From Escherichia phage FL23: 64,000 bases of DNA. Positions 7,945-18,893 of this stretch are shown one piece after another. The position numbers and the translations under genes were made by a program. The DNA is taken from sequence record PP400787, one strand, 5' to 3'. The notes under the pieces are model-generated. The model saw only the letters and a program-made list of their open reading frames with translations, was not told where the DNA came from and searched no databases. The number at the start of each line of letters is the position of its first letter. The first letter of the stretch is position 1.

Positions 7945-10032
7945 ATGGAACTAATTACAGAATTATTTGACGAAGATACTACTCTTCCGATTACAAACTT
8001 AAATCCAAAGAAGAAAATACCACAAATTTTTTCAGTTCATGTTGATGATGCAATTGAACAACCAGGCTTTCGTTTATGTACCTATACATCTGGAGGTGAT
8101 ACTAATCGCGATTTAAAGATGGGCGATAAAATGATGCATATTGTTCCTTTTACATTAACTGCTAAAGGTTCAATTGCCAAATTAAAAGGTCTTGGTCCAA
8201 GCCCAATTAATTATATCAATTCAGTTTTTACTGTTGCAATGCAAACAATGCGTCAGTATAAAATTGATGCCTGCATGCTTCGTATTCTTAAGTCTAAAAC
8301 CGCTGGTCAAGCTCGACAAATTCAAGTTATTGCTGATAGACTTATCCGTAGTCGTTCAGGGGGCAGATACGTCCTTCTTAAGGAACTCTGGGATTATGAT
8401 AAAAAGTACGCATATATTCTTATACATCGCAAAAATGTATCACTGGAAGACATTCCGGGAGTTCCGGAAATTAGTACCGAGCTCTTTACTAAAGTTGAAT
8501 CGAAGGTCGGTGATGTTTATATCAATAAAGATACTGGAGCTCAAGTAACTAAAAATGAGGCAATTGCAGCATCTATTGCGCAAGAAAATGATAAACGTTC
8601 TGATCAAGCTGTAATCGTTAAAGTTAAAATTTCCCGTAGAGCAATTGCACAAAGCCAGTCATTGGAATCTTCTAGATTTGAAAGTGAATTATTCCAGAAG
8701 TATGAATCTACCGCAGCTAATTTCAATAAACCTGCTACCGCTCCTTTAATTCCCGAAGCAGAAGAAATGAAGCTTGGAATTAATTCATTAGCTTCTAAAA
8801 CTAAGGCAGCAAAAATTATTGCCGAAGGAACTGCGAATGAACTTCACTATGACTATAAATTCTTTTCAAAAAGTGAGGTTGATGAAGTTTCTGAAAAAAT
8901 TAAAGATGTAATTCTTAATGCGATTAAAAATGAACCAACTACTTCAATAAAATGTTTAGAGAAATACGCAGCAGCTGTTAATCAACTCTTTGAAGAATAT
9001 AAAGATAATTGGCTTGATAAACATAATAAAACTCGTAAAGGGCAGACAGATGAAGTCTGGGGAGAAATAACTAAAAATGCCTGGAATGCAGCAAAAACTA
9101 AATTCCTCAAACGAATGATTTATAGTTTTTCTGGAATTGGTGCAGGCCCAATGATTGATATTACTATTGCCCGTGATGGTTCTAAATATACTCCATCGCA
9201 AAAGCGCGGTATTAGAGAGTATTGTGGTTCAGGATATACAGACATTAATAATCTTCTTTTAGGTCGTTACAATCCAGAACGATATGATGTAATGAGTGAA
9301 AAAGAAATTGAATCTGCTATAAATAATTTAGATTCAGCTTTTGAAAATGGTGACCGCATACCGGAAGGCATTACAGTTTATCGTGCTCAAAGTATGACTG
9401 CTCCTATATACGAAGCACTAGTTAAAAATAAAGTGTTCTATTTCAGAAATTTTGTATCTACTTCTTTAACTCCTATCATTTTTGGACGTTTTGGAATTAC
9501 ACATGCTGGTATTGGTCTTTTAGAACCAGAAGCTCGTAATGAATTAACAGTTGATAAAAATGAAGAAGGAATAACTATTAATCCAAACGAAATAAGAGCG
9601 TATAAAGAAAATCCTGAATACGTTAAAGTTCAAATAGGATGGGCAATTGATGGAGCTCATAAAGTTAATGTTGTATATCCAGGAAGTCTCGGAATAGCAA
9701 CAGAAGCTGAAGTTATTCTACCGCGCGGACTGATGGTCAAAGTTAATAAAATAACTGATGCTTCTAATAATGACGGAACAACATCTAACAATACAAAACT
9801 CATTCAAGCTGAAGTTATGACCACAGAAGAACTCACCGAATCGGTAATCTATGACGGAGACCATTTAATGGAAACTGGTGAATTGGTTACAATGACAGGT
9901 GATATAGAAGATAGAGTTGACTTTGCATCATTTGTTTCATCAAATGTTAAACAGAAAGTAGAATCATCTCTTGGAATTATTGCGTCTTGCATAGATATTA
10001 CAAACATGCCTTACAAGTTCGTTCAAGGATAA
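7945..10032 (+). CDS. alt: Alt mono-ADP-ribosyltransferase (packaged, modifies host RNA polymerase)
   Basis: About 695 aa; ART catalytic triad elements R (YRAQS), STS (FVSTSLTP) and ExE (EAEVILPRG); late promoter TATAAATA at 7914-7921; GAGAGGA SD; ATG at 7942 is an alternative start. Confidence 0.88.
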   Translation: MELITELFDEDTTLPITNLNPKKKIPQIFSVHVDDAIEQPGFRLCTYTSGGDTNRDLKMGDKMMHIVPFTLTAKGSIAKLKGLGPSPINYINSVFTVAMQTMRQYKIDACMLRILKSKTAGQARQIQVIADRLIRSRSGGRYVLLKELWDYDKKYAYILIHRKNVSLEDIPGVPEISTELFTKVESKVGDVYINKDTGAQVTKNEAIAASIAQENDKRSDQAVIVKVKISRRAIAQSQSLESSRFESELFQKYESTAANFNKPATAPLIPEAEEMKLGINSLASKTKAAKIIAEGTANELHYDYKFFSKSEVDEVSEKIKDVILNAIKNEPTTSIKCLEKYAAAVNQLFEEYKDNWLDKHNKTRKGQTDEVWGEITKNAWNAAKTKFLKRMIYSFSGIGAGPMIDITIARDGSKYTPSQKRGIREYCGSGYTDINNLLLGRYNPERYDVMSEKEIESAINNLDSAFENGDRIPEGITVYRAQSMTAPIYEALVKNKVFYFRNFVSTSLTPIIFGRFGITHAGIGLLEPEARNELTVDKNEEGITINPNEIRAYKENPEYVKVQIGWAIDGAHKVNVVYPGSLGIATEAEVILPRGLMVKVNKITDASNNDGTTSNNTKLIQAEVMTTEELTESVIYDGDHLMETGELVTMTGDIEDRVDFASFVSSNVKQKVESSLGIIASCIDITNMPYKFVQG

Positions 10033-10035
10033 ATC

Positions 10036-10422
10036 ATGGAACTTATTACAGAATTATTTGACGGCGCTTCGGCGCCGGTTGTTAACTTAAATCCTAAGCA
10101 TAAAATACCACAAATTTTTGCTATCCAAGCCGGCGAAGAAAGCGTGCTTCCTGGATTTAGATTTTGTACATATACCTCTGGTGGTGATACAAATAAAAAC
10201 GTTAAGCCAGGCGATAAAATGATGCATATCGTAATGATAGGCGTCAACGAGAAATTATCGCTGGTTAAGCTTAGAAACTTGGGTGGAAATCCAATTGGCG
10301 TCATTAATGCGGTTTTTGATACTGCTCTTCAAACAATGAAGCAGTATAAAATTGACGCATGCCTATTCCGCGTACTAAAAAGTTCAAAATGTAGTTTACA
10401 AGTCCCTCGTGTTGTGTTATAG
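10036..10422 (+). CDS. Alt N-terminal-domain paralog, 128 aa (alt.-x-like)
   Basis: N-terminal ~110 aa closely parallel the Alt N-terminus (MELITELFD...NLNPK.KIPQIF...PGFR.CTYTSGGDTN...GDKMMHIV...YKIDAC); no ART motifs; AAGGA SD. Confidence 0.65.
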   Translation: MELITELFDGASAPVVNLNPKHKIPQIFAIQAGEESVLPGFRFCTYTSGGDTNKNVKPGDKMMHIVMIGVNEKLSLVKLRNLGGNPIGVINAVFDTALQTMKQYKIDACLFRVLKSSKCSLQVPRVVL

Positions 10423-10454
10423 TAGTCTTACTGACATAACATGAGGAACACAAA

Positions 10455-10745
10455 ATGAAATCTTCTTTGCGCTTTTTAGGTCAAGAACTTGTAGTTGAAG
10501 GCGTTATTCCTGCTGATAATGCTTTTAACGAAGCAGTTTATGATGAATTTATCAAAATTTTCGGAACAGATAAAAAGTTTGGAATTTTTCCTTCTAAAAA
10601 TTTTTCAAAGCCAGAACAGACTGAAAGTATTTTTCAGGGTGTAGTAACAGGTAAATTTGAGTCAGAAGCTCCTGTAAAAATTGAAGTTTATATTGAAGAC
10701 GGTTTAGTTGCTTCAGTTGCTGCTTTCATTTCATTCCGTAAATAA
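10455..10745 (+). CDS. hypothetical protein
   Basis: GAGGA SD + ATG; followed by a bidirectional hairpin terminator. Confidence 0.6.
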   Translation: MKSSLRFLGQELVVEGVIPADNAFNEAVYDEFIKIFGTDKKFGIFPSKNFSKPEQTESIFQGVVTGKFESEAPVKIEVYIEDGLVASVAAFISFRK

Positions 10746-10747
10746 AA

Positions 10748-10775
10748 ATATGGGGACCGAAAGGTCCCCATTGTT
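10748..10775. terminator. bidirectional hairpin terminator between convergent genes
   Basis: TGGGGACC-GAAA-GGTCCCCA with U-runs on both strands. Confidence 0.65.
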
Positions 10776-11739
10776 ATATTGCTCCTAATATTTTACTTTG
10801 CGAATTGACAATTCCTGTCATGGTATTAATGTTTGAAATGCTTCCAGCAGTTCCCCCTAATCTACTGAGTCGTGAAAGCGAATTAGATAGTCCAGTAACG
10901 CCTCCGCTATTTCCGAGAACGCTTTGAATACCATTTATAGCAGCAGATTCAAGCCATTCAAGCGCAGCTTGCCTATCAACTGCTCCAGCCTGCATCACTC
11001 TATACGCAAAAGTAACGTCAAATGTAGTTATTTGGTTATCTCCATCATATGATAACTCAGGAGCGCTCACTGATATTGGAATGCATCCGGTGAACATCAC
11101 CGCAGTATGAGGCAATCCATTACGAGAATGAAGATTAACTTGGATATCCGCCTCAACATCTTGCGGCAGAGCACGCAATCCAGTTACTGGGTCTTGAACA
11201 GCATTAACCCAGTCTTGCATTGCACGATAGTTACAAGCTTCTGAATCCATTCTAAATGAAATAACCAAAGGGTCTAATTCTCTCCCAGTTATACGAATAT
11301 TAGGGGAATTATAGTTCCAGTCAGTTTCATAAGATAATCTATTCTCTGGCATTTTTACAGAATATATCATCAATCCAGATGAGTTATATGCCATGTTAAA
11401 GAAGTCAATTAAATATGTACCAACTGTAAATGAGCCTAATAAACTCTGGACAGTACGTTGACTCATGGCACCAATAAGATATTTACTGACTCCTGATTTT
11501 CTTATTAGTTTTTGTGTGCCAGCTGTAATTAGCGTGGTAATTCCCTGATTAATATCACCTTGAGTTAATCCTAACCAATTTGAATTTAGGCCCAAGTTAT
11601 TATAAGAAAAGTTGCTAATTGAACTTATCAACGAAGAGCTTTTAGTTGATGGAGTTGTCGCAAAAACGCAGCTAAACATATTATTACGTTGGAAATCTGC
11701 GTTTATTGCTTGATTATTAAATTCCTCTAAAGAATACAT
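10774..11739 (-). CDS. 54: baseplate tail tube initiator/cap
   Basis: 321 aa; synteny 54-48-29-28-27-51; length matches T4 gp54. Confidence 0.9.
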   Translation of the reverse strand: MYSLEEFNNQAINADFQRNNMFSCVFATTPSTKSSSLISSISNFSYNNLGLNSNWLGLTQGDINQGITTLITAGTQKLIRKSGVSKYLIGAMSQRTVQSLLGSFTVGTYLIDFFNMAYNSSGLMIYSVKMPENRLSYETDWNYNSPNIRITGRELDPLVISFRMDSEACNYRAMQDWVNAVQDPVTGLRALPQDVEADIQVNLHSRNGLPHTAVMFTGCIPISVSAPELSYDGDNQITTFDVTFAYRVMQAGAVDRQAALEWLESAAINGIQSVLGNSGGVTGLSNSLSRLSRLGGTAGSISNINTMTGIVNSQSKILGAI

Positions 11740-12833
11740 TAAAAAGTCCCCGCATATAAAGAAGCACGGTTTAACGTGATAATTTCTCTCATAGTAATCT
11801 CGAGAGTAAATGTACTAGGGAGGTTTGGAGCAATAGCTAATCCGTTAAAGTTACCATTAGGTGTTTTATCAAATCTGATGCTCTGGATTTGGCATGGACC
11901 AAATATTTCCGTTTTTCCATCAAACTTAGATGTTGCACCAAAGTTTTTCACCATCCAAACTGTCGGGTTTGAAACTACTAGAACGTTGGTTAAACTCGAT
12001 GTCATTTTCTCAAATAGTGTTTTATTTTTAGCTGCGTCTTCCGGAGATAAAGGTTCAATTAACGTAGAACGATACCAATCATCTAAATACCCCTTTATTT
12101 CAGCAGCATATTGAGATTTACCCGTTTCACCATAAGAAAAATAGTTAAAATATTGATAGATATTAATAATAGCCATTAAATCTTCTGTTGAACGTGGAGT
12201 CAAATCCCATGTAAACACTTTAGTTCTATTTTCAGCACCACCATACATACTTCTGGCTGTCGTATAAATCTGTTCATTATTATCAGCCATTATACCTTGT
12301 GTTATACTTTCCAACGCCCCAAATACTGCAGTTGAAGCAATATTACTTAGCACACCAGTAGCAGTACCTCCGCCTCTACTGATGAGGCTTTCTTGAACAT
12401 CATTAAATCTATGTGATGATGTATCAACATCAGATTTAGATCTCGGTAAAAGAATGTTTGCGATAGGAGATTTACTTATTGTTCCTGAATTATTATTTGA
12501 TATTAATCCATTTGATAGTTTTGATACTGTACTACTAATAGTGTTTCTAGCTGTACGTAAAATACTCGAAGATGAAGAAGAGTAGTTAGATCTCATCGAT
12601 CTAAGACTTCCAGAATCCCTAGATGACATATTGTATGCAGTAAATAATAATCCATTCTTATATAGATCTGTTACCTGGAAGTCCCCTGTAGTGTCATTAC
12701 CACTAGCACGCCCAGTTGGAAACTGGGCTGTGTATGTTTTAGTTCCTACTTCTGATTTAGTGCTCTGTCCGGCTGAAATTTTCTCACCGGACTTTTTAAT
12801 TAAATCAGCAGTTATTTCTTTAACAATTGCCAT
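11739..12833 (-). CDS. 48: baseplate-tail tube junction protein
   Basis: 364 aa, matching T4 gp48 length; start/stop overlaps with neighbours. Confidence 0.9.
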   Translation of the reverse strand: MAIVKEITADLIKKSGEKISAGQSTKSEVGTKTYTAQFPTGRASGNDTTGDFQVTDLYKNGLLFTAYNMSSRDSGSLRSMRSNYSSSSSSILRTARNTISSTVSKLSNGLISNNNSGTISKSPIANILLPRSKSDVDTSSHRFNDVQESLISRGGGTATGVLSNIASTAVFGALESITQGIMADNNEQIYTTARSMYGGAENRTKVFTWDLTPRSTEDLMAIINIYQYFNYFSYGETGKSQYAAEIKGYLDDWYRSTLIEPLSPEDAAKNKTLFEKMTSSLTNVLVVSNPTVWMVKNFGATSKFDGKTEIFGPCQIQSIRFDKTPNGNFNGLAIAPNLPSTFTLEITMREIITLNRASLYAGTF

Positions 12834-12841
12834 ATTATTCC

Positions 12842-14614
12842 TTAATTAACTCCAGTCGCATCAAATACACCAGGAGCAGTCGTGCTCGTTACGGGTGTCA
12901 TATTATGAACGACAGTATTTTTCTTAATAACATTATTAGTATTATTGATTGAAGGAGATGCTTGTTGAACAGGAGCTTGCTGTGCTTTGTTCTTTTCAAT
13001 CACCTGGACTTGTTTCGCTTCTGGTGATTTAGCAGAAGTTTCAGGTTTGGCATTAGGCTGATTTTTCTTGAGCTCTTGATAAGTAGCATCAATTTTAGAA
13101 AATCTAGCAGCAAGTTCTTTTTTAACTGCCGGTGAATTATTTAAATCCGGGTCATCCATCCGTTTTTTAAGGTCTTCATAGGCAGCTTCAACTGATTTAA
13201 CCGTTGAGTCTTTACTCATATCAGCTGAATCGGCATATTGTTCAAAACGATTCATAGCAGCACGAGCTTCATTAGCTTTCATTAAAGCAATTTTAGCTTC
13301 TTCCGGAGAAAGTTGCTTTAATTTTTCTTCTTCCTCTGCTCTCTCTTCATCAGTCGTTAGTGCTTCTTTATTATCAACACCACGAATCCAGTTAGATGCG
13401 CGAGTTTTCCAGTTCGCAATTTTGTCTAATCCTTTCGCTATAGGCCCAAGATCTCCGTTCATTCTTTTGTATTGATAATTTGCAACTTTTTCTTGATCTT
13501 CTTTGCTAAGAGAAGCATTTGTAGTATTTTGGAAATTTTCCAGTGCTCTTCCTTCTACTTCATCAGCAGTGTCTTTCATGCCAGGAATGACTCGAAGAAT
13601 TGCAGCAGATAATTTAGCCATACCTAATTGAATAAGCTCTCCTAAATTAAAAAGAACCTTTCCAAGCCCTTCTACAATAGCTACCGTCAAACCACCCCAA
13701 TCTCCAGCTTCCCAGAACTTTTTAATTCCATCGATAGAACTAAAGATGCTCTGTAATAAAGGACCCCATGTTCCGGTTTCGCTAGAGAATTTAGTAAAGT
13801 CAGTATTAAATAAATCCCAGGCTTTTGAAAATTTATCTGACCAATATTTAAAGTGAACCATCAGCAGATCTATTCCAACAACAACAGCCAATATCATTGC
13901 AGTCATTTTAGCAGCTTCAATAGCAGCACTGACGGTGTACTTAAATAACATGCTTGATATTTTATCACTAATTGAAATGGATTTCTTAAATCCAAAATCA
14001 ACAGTCTTTGTTAATTTATCTAAAGCTTGAGATAATTTTAAGTTAAATGCTTCTTTTTTCTGTTTTTCTTCTGGCGATTCTTGTTTGGGTTCAACTGGCC
14101 GAGGGGTAGGGAAAAAATCAGCGTCAGGATCATTATTAACTGCTTCAGGAGTCGGTAATAAAGGACCCACAGATTCGGCAGTATCATCCTCAACGACTTT
14201 AACAGGAATAGCGCTTTCAACAGTGGCTAAACTAGTTCCAGTCTGTTGAATTCCAGCTGTCTGGATTTTTTGCTCTAGTAAACTTGTTAATTTATCTAAT
14301 TTGCTTCCGAGTGATTCACCGATTTCTTTATTAATATTGTTGCCAATTTCGACAGTTTCAGCAATTAACTCAGAACCGGCAGTAGTATCACTCACTGCGC
14401 TTTCTACGTTACCAATTGCTCCAACTATTTCATTCGATTTTTCTTCGACAGTTTGAGCTATTAATTCAGAAGCAGCTTGAGCATCATCCAATTTCGTAGA
14501 TATATCATTAAGTCCAGATAAAGTGTTAGAAGCGGATTTAGCCGCTTCCTGTGTCGGTTTATTATCTGAAATAACTTTTCTACGCATCGTTTGCATTTCT
14601 TGTGGCTTTTTCAT
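12842..14614 (-). CDS. 29: tail tube length tape-measure / baseplate hub protein
   Basis: 590 aa as in T4 gp29; extended low-complexity coiled regions; synteny. Confidence 0.9.
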   Translation of the reverse strand: MKKPQEMQTMRRKVISDNKPTQEAAKSASNTLSGLNDISTKLDDAQAASELIAQTVEEKSNEIVGAIGNVESAVSDTTAGSELIAETVEIGNNINKEIGESLGSKLDKLTSLLEQKIQTAGIQQTGTSLATVESAIPVKVVEDDTAESVGPLLPTPEAVNNDPDADFFPTPRPVEPKQESPEEKQKKEAFNLKLSQALDKLTKTVDFGFKKSISISDKISSMLFKYTVSAAIEAAKMTAMILAVVVGIDLLMVHFKYWSDKFSKAWDLFNTDFTKFSSETGTWGPLLQSIFSSIDGIKKFWEAGDWGGLTVAIVEGLGKVLFNLGELIQLGMAKLSAAILRVIPGMKDTADEVEGRALENFQNTTNASLSKEDQEKVANYQYKRMNGDLGPIAKGLDKIANWKTRASNWIRGVDNKEALTTDEERAEEEEKLKQLSPEEAKIALMKANEARAAMNRFEQYADSADMSKDSTVKSVEAAYEDLKKRMDDPDLNNSPAVKKELAARFSKIDATYQELKKNQPNAKPETSAKSPEAKQVQVIEKNKAQQAPVQQASPSINNTNNVIKKNTVVHNMTPVTSTTAPGVFDATGVN

Positions 14615-15144
14615 TCAAATAATCCAATAATATTGCCAATTCCAGTTATTGGACCATTAGGGCCAGGAATTGCTAAAGTTGTAAAAATATCATTTGCCCA
14701 TTTTAAAACGAATGCTGGCATCTCAAGAAAATTAATTTCTTTAACTTCATCATTGACCTTAAGCAAGCATTTAGATAACATATCGCTCACCGTTAAAAAT
14801 TGTTCAAATTTTCCAGGAGGTCTAAAATAAAATGTATTTCCTTGGTATTGAAATTCTAATCTTTGGCATACATAAACATCATTAATGTCATAAGTATAGC
14901 CATCTATTTCTTTACGAGATTTAATCTTTCCATTAAATTCCAATAAATGAATAGAAACGAAATCAACTTCTGCCGGTGATAAATTCGGACAAATAGAATC
15001 AATAAGAAGTTTTAAATTTTCATCAGGACCTTTAACATCCTTTAAAATGTTATAATGTTTAAGACCCATTTTAGGAATAGAAACTTCTTTATTACTTATT
15101 GGAAGAACTACTTTCTTCAGTGGTAGTATCAGATTTAAATTCAT
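14611..15144 (-). CDS. 28: baseplate hub distal subunit
   Basis: 177 aa as in T4 gp28; overlaps 3' end of gene 27 as in T4. Confidence 0.85.
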   Translation of the reverse strand: MNLNLILPLKKVVLPISNKEVSIPKMGLKHYNILKDVKGPDENLKLLIDSICPNLSPAEVDFVSIHLLEFNGKIKSRKEIDGYTYDINDVYVCQRLEFQYQGNTFYFRPPGKFEQFLTVSDMLSKCLLKVNDEVKEINFLEMPAFVLKWANDIFTTLAIPGPNGPITGIGNIIGLFE

Positions 15145-16264
15145 TTTTAACCTTAACTGGGTCTATTGTTTCCAGTTTCGTTGCATTAGTGAACATATAT
15201 AGATGAGTTACTGAATTATTATTGGATAATTCATGGATAACTTCATCAACGTAAAATTCTGTTTTAAATTGGTTTTTACTATCATTAAAAATAATTTTAA
15301 CACCAGGAGTCAAGTTAAAATTACCGACAGTAGAACATTTAGCATAGCCGTCATATTGTGCCATAGTTTGAAGACGAATAGCTTCTTCATATCCATTCCT
15401 ATAAGTCATTTCAGAATAAGCACCTGACCTTGACACCACAATAGAGTTTTCACCCTTTCCTGTAGTAATCATTGGCAGTGAAGAATCTAAAAATGAATGA
15501 GCATAGATAGTAGCATTTTTCATTGGGTCACGTTTGTGAGGATTCGATTTAGTCAACCAAACAAAATCATATGCTAATGGATATTTTAATTCTTGGACAA
15601 ATTGACCTATTAAAGATGGCTCACCGGCAATCATTGGATATGGTTCTTGATTTATCATCATATCATAGTCCATCATGTTAACTCCCATGATGTCTTGCCA
15701 TACAAATACAAATTTGTCGCTTCCTACAGCTAGAGCAACTTCTCTTACATATGACAAATAATTTTCAAATGTACTAGTCCATGGAATATCAGGAACATAA
15801 GCATTTATAGCATTTATTGCTGGAGTTAATAATGTGCGGTCTTGATAAATGACGCCAAGCATTTCTTTTATAGATTCACCTGCATCAGGGAAAAATGGTC
15901 GACCAAATTTAAGATTTTCTATAGAATGAATAGTTCCCAATTCAATAGCAATGATGTTATCACCTTTTGAATCTACTGACACAGAAAAATGCTTACATCC
16001 ATAAATTCGTGTTTTAACATTATTAATATCATTTGCATTAGCTACAGAAATCTGAATTATTTCATTTCCATCCATTTTTGTATGGATGTTTTTAGAATCA
16101 TAAAACTGCAGCATTCCTTCATTTCGGCCATAAAGAGAATCCCGCATAGTTAATGTAGTAATAGTAGCAGCTAATTCAACAAATCTATTATTACTCCAAG
16201 CGTCGTAGCTATCAAATAATTTAACGCTGAGATTTGGATATCCGGGGCGTTGCAACATACTCAT
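15092..16264 (-). CDS. 27: baseplate hub protein gp27
   Basis: 390 aa; N-terminus [18 protein letters not shown] matches T4 gp27 from memory. Confidence 0.9.
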   Translation of the reverse strand: MSMLQRPGYPNLSVKLFDSYDAWSNNRFVELAATITTLTMRDSLYGRNEGMLQFYDSKNIHTKMDGNEIIQISVANANDINNVKTRIYGCKHFSVSVDSKGDNIIAIELGTIHSIENLKFGRPFFPDAGESIKEMLGVIYQDRTLLTPAINAINAYVPDIPWTSTFENYLSYVREVALAVGSDKFVFVWQDIMGVNMMDYDMMINQEPYPMIAGEPSLIGQFVQELKYPLAYDFVWLTKSNPHKRDPMKNATIYAHSFLDSSLPMITTGKGENSIVVSRSGAYSEMTYRNGYEEAIRLQTMAQYDGYAKCSTVGNFNLTPGVKIIFNDSKNQFKTEFYVDEVIHELSNNNSVTHLYMFTNATKLETIDPVKVKNEFKSDTTTEESSSSNK

Positions 16265-17013
16265 TATTGTTTATCCTTCTCAATCAGTTTTAATACGAAT
16301 CCGCGCTCAGCAGGAATCATTTTCATTATTGAATTTAAGCTATAATTACTTTTTACGAGTGTGTGATTAATTTGATAAAAAGTAAATATCTCATCTGGGT
16401 TAACTAATAGCTTAAACACGTCTACTATATCAGTGTATTTTTTAATGTACTTATTACAGCATGACATATGTAGAGTTAAATTAATAGGATTCATTGCATC
16501 GAGAATTTTTTCTAATGTTTCTATCTCGATGGCATCAACAAGTTCTATTTGACTGGACTCGCTAATTTCCTTCCAATCATACCAAATTTCATCTACTTGA
16601 ACAGAATGAATATTTTCAGTAATCATCTTTGCTTTATTTTCATAAAACTCAGAAGGAAACTTTAATTTAATTTTAACATTAGCTACATCAAAAACAGGTT
16701 CCTTTAATTCTTTTTGATATATTTCAAATGGAACTGTCTTTTCTTTTTTACATTTTGGACATACGAATGTGACTGGTACTTTAGTTTTACCTATTGACCC
16801 TACAAATACCTGCAAAAATATAAATGGTTGCCAAGTCTTCGGATAGTCTCCAAAATAATCATCAATTAAATCAGTAATTATTTCTTTTTGTTCTTGTGGT
16901 GACCGATGTTCTATATCGTTTCGAACTAACAAAAAATCTCGATAATCTTCTACCGTAAATGGTTTAAAACGATGAACACCATCTGGTAATTTACAACGAA
17001 TAATGTTTGCCAT
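16264..17013 (-). CDS. 51: baseplate hub assembly catalyst
   Basis: 249 aa as in T4 gp51; late promoter immediately upstream. Confidence 0.88.
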   Translation of the reverse strand: MANIIRCKLPDGVHRFKPFTVEDYRDFLLVRNDIEHRSPQEQKEIITDLIDDYFGDYPKTWQPFIFLQVFVGSIGKTKVPVTFVCPKCKKEKTVPFEIYQKELKEPVFDVANVKIKLKFPSEFYENKAKMITENIHSVQVDEIWYDWKEISESSQIELVDAIEIETLEKILDAMNPINLTLHMSCCNKYIKKYTDIVDVFKLLVNPDEIFTFYQINHTLVKSNYSLNSIMKMIPAERGFVLKLIEKDKQ

Positions 17014-17030
17014 AGATGCTCCTTTTATTC

Positions 17031-17042
17031 TATTTATAAATA
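17031..17042. promoter_or_regulatory. overlapping divergent late promoters for genes 51 (-) and 26 (+)
   Basis: TATTTATAAATA: TATAAATA on the plus strand at 17035-17042 and on the minus strand at 17031-17038, each followed by an AAGGAG SD and ATG. Confidence 0.65.
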
Positions 17043-17063
17043 TGATAAATAAAGGAGCTAAAT

Positions 17064-17690
17064 ATGTATGAATACAAATTTGATGTGAGAGTTGGTTCTA
17101 AAATAATCAATTGTCGCGCATTCACGCTTAAAGAATATCTAGAACTTATTACTGCCAAAAATAATGGTTCCGTAGAAGTAATTGTTAAAAAGCTAATCAA
17201 AGACTGCACAAATGCAAAAGATTTAAACCGTCAAGAATCAGAACTATTGTTAATTCATTTATGGGCACATTCTCTCGGTGAAGTTAATCACGAAAACTCC
17301 TGGAAGTGCACCTGTGGAACTGAAATACCAACCCATATAAATCTATTACATACACAAATAGATGCACCAGAAGACCTCTGGTATACACTAGGTGACATTA
17401 AAATTAAATTCCGATACCCTAAAATTTTTGATGATAAAAATATAGCCCACATGATAGTATCATGCATAGAAACGATTCATGCTAACGGGGAAAGCATTCC
17501 AGTTGAAGACTTAAATGAAAAAGAACTGGAAGATTTATACTCTATCATCACAGAGTCAGATATTGTAGCTATAAAAGATATGCTTTTAAAGCCTACTGTT
17601 TATTTGGCTGTTCCAATTAAGTGTCCAGAGTGTGGAAAAACTCACGCTCATGTAATAAGAGGACTCAAAGAATTCTTTGAGTTACTATAA
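17064..17690 (+). CDS. 26: baseplate hub subunit gp26
   Basis: 208 aa as in T4 gp26; divergent from gene 51 with late promoter; AAGGAG SD. Confidence 0.88.
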   Translation: MYEYKFDVRVGSKIINCRAFTLKEYLELITAKNNGSVEVIVKKLIKDCTNAKDLNRQESELLLIHLWAHSLGEVNHENSWKCTCGTEIPTHINLLHTQIDAPEDLWYTLGDIKIKFRYPKIFDDKNIAHMIVSCIETIHANGESIPVEDLNEKELEDLYSIITESDIVAIKDMLLKPTVYLAVPIKCPECGKTHAHVIRGLKEFFELL

Positions 17691-18088
17691 TGGCAAATAT
17701 TAATAAGCTTTATTCTGACATCGACCCAGAAATGAAAATGGACTGGGACAAAGACGTTTCCAGATCTCTTGGATTAAGGTCAATTAAAAATAGCCTTTTA
17801 GGAATTATTACAACCAGAAAAGGTTCAAGACCGTTTGACCCTGAATTTGGATGTGATTTATCAGATCAGCTTTTTGAAAATATGACTCCTCTTACTGCTG
17901 ATACGGTTGAGCGTAACATCGAAAGCGCAGTAAGAAACTATGAGCCACGTATTGATAAATTAGCAGTTAATGTAATACCGGTTTATGATGATTATACTCT
18001 GATAGTAGAAATACGCTTTTCGGTCATCGATAACCCCGATGATATTGAGCAGATAAAACTGCAATTGGCTTCCAGTAATAGGGTATAA
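17690..18088 (+). CDS. 25: baseplate wedge protein gp25 (LysM-like sheath initiator)
   Basis: 132 aa as in T4 gp25; TAATG coupling to gene 26. Confidence 0.9.
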   Translation: MANINKLYSDIDPEMKMDWDKDVSRSLGLRSIKNSLLGIITTRKGSRPFDPEFGCDLSDQLFENMTPLTADTVERNIESAVRNYEPRIDKLAVNVIPVYDDYTLIVEIRFSVIDNPDDIEQIKLQLASSNRV

Positions 18089-18114
18089 TGCTTCACGTTA
18101 AAACGTGGTATAAT
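18089..18114 (+). promoter_or_regulatory. MotA-dependent middle promoter for uvsY
   Basis: MotA box TGCTTCA (18089-18095), 13-nt spacer, -10 TATAAT (18109-18114). Confidence 0.55.
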
Positions 18115-18154
18115 GAATCTAAGTCCATCCAATAACAATTGAATAGAGAACAAT

Positions 18155-18568
18155 ATGAGATTAGAAGATCTTCAAGAAGAATTGAAGAAAGATGTGTTTA
18201 TAGATTCGACTAAATTACAGTATGAAGCAGCTAATAATGTGATGTTATATAGTAAATGGCTTAATAAGCATTCAAGTATTAAAAAGGAAATGCTTAGAAT
18301 TGATGCACAGAAAAAAGTTGCTCTTAAAGCAAGATTAGACTACTACTCGGGACGAGGAGATGGTGATGAATTTAGTATGGATCGTTATGAGAAGTCAGAA
18401 ATGAAGACAGTTCTATCAGCTGATAAGGATGTTTTAAAGGTTGATACTTCATTACAATATTGGGGAATTTTATTAGATTTTTGTAGCGGAGCTCTTGATG
18501 CTATTAAATCACGTGGATTTGCTATTAAGCATATTCAAGACATGCGGGCATTTGAGGCTGGAAAATAA
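18155..18568 (+). CDS. uvsY: recombination mediator protein UvsY
   Basis: 137 aa as in T4 UvsY; MotA-box middle promoter upstream. Confidence 0.9.
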   Translation: MRLEDLQEELKKDVFIDSTKLQYEAANNVMLYSKWLNKHSSIKKEMLRIDAQKKVALKARLDYYSGRGDGDEFSMDRYEKSEMKTVLSADKDVLKVDTSLQYWGILLDFCSGALDAIKSRGFAIKHIQDMRAFEAGK

Positions 18569-18795
18569 TGAGATATAGCATTGATGACGCTTTTAATTAT
18601 GAAGAAGAATTTGAAACTGAGATTCAATTCTTAATGAAAAAGTATAATCTTAAGCGTCAGGATATTCGTATCCTGGCCGATCACCCGTGCGGTGAAGATG
18701 TCCTTTATATTAAAGGAAAATTTGCCGGATATCTTGATGAATATTTTTATTCTAAAGATATGGGCATTGATATGCATATGAGAGATATGGGGTAA
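18568..18795 (+). CDS. hypothetical protein (uvsY.-1 position)
   Basis: TAATG overlap with uvsY; 75 aa. Confidence 0.6.
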   Translation: MRYSIDDAFNYEEEFETEIQFLMKKYNLKRQDIRILADHPCGEDVLYIKGKFAGYLDEYFYSKDMGIDMHMRDMG

Positions 18796-18885
18796 ATATG
18801 ACAAATTATAAAGAAGTATTTAGACTTTTAGCAGAAATGGAAGCATGTTTAAAGCGTGTACAAGAAATGCGTTTTAAGATGGGGT

Positions 18886-18893
18886 TATAAATA
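18886..18893 (+). promoter_or_regulatory. late promoter (TATAAATA)
   Basis: Exact TATAAATA upstream of GAGGAG SD and the 55-aa ORF at 18923. Confidence 0.5.

Noticed and set aside
8192-8548. 118-aa plus-strand ORF inside alt (alternative frame)
   Set aside because: Fully embedded in the alt coding frame, low-complexity, no SD; typical shadow ORF. Same reasoning for 8440-8652(-) and 8956-9201(-).
18798-18890. 30-aa ORF between uvsY.-1 and the late promoter at 18886
   Set aside because: Very short with no clear SD; could be real but is unsupported.
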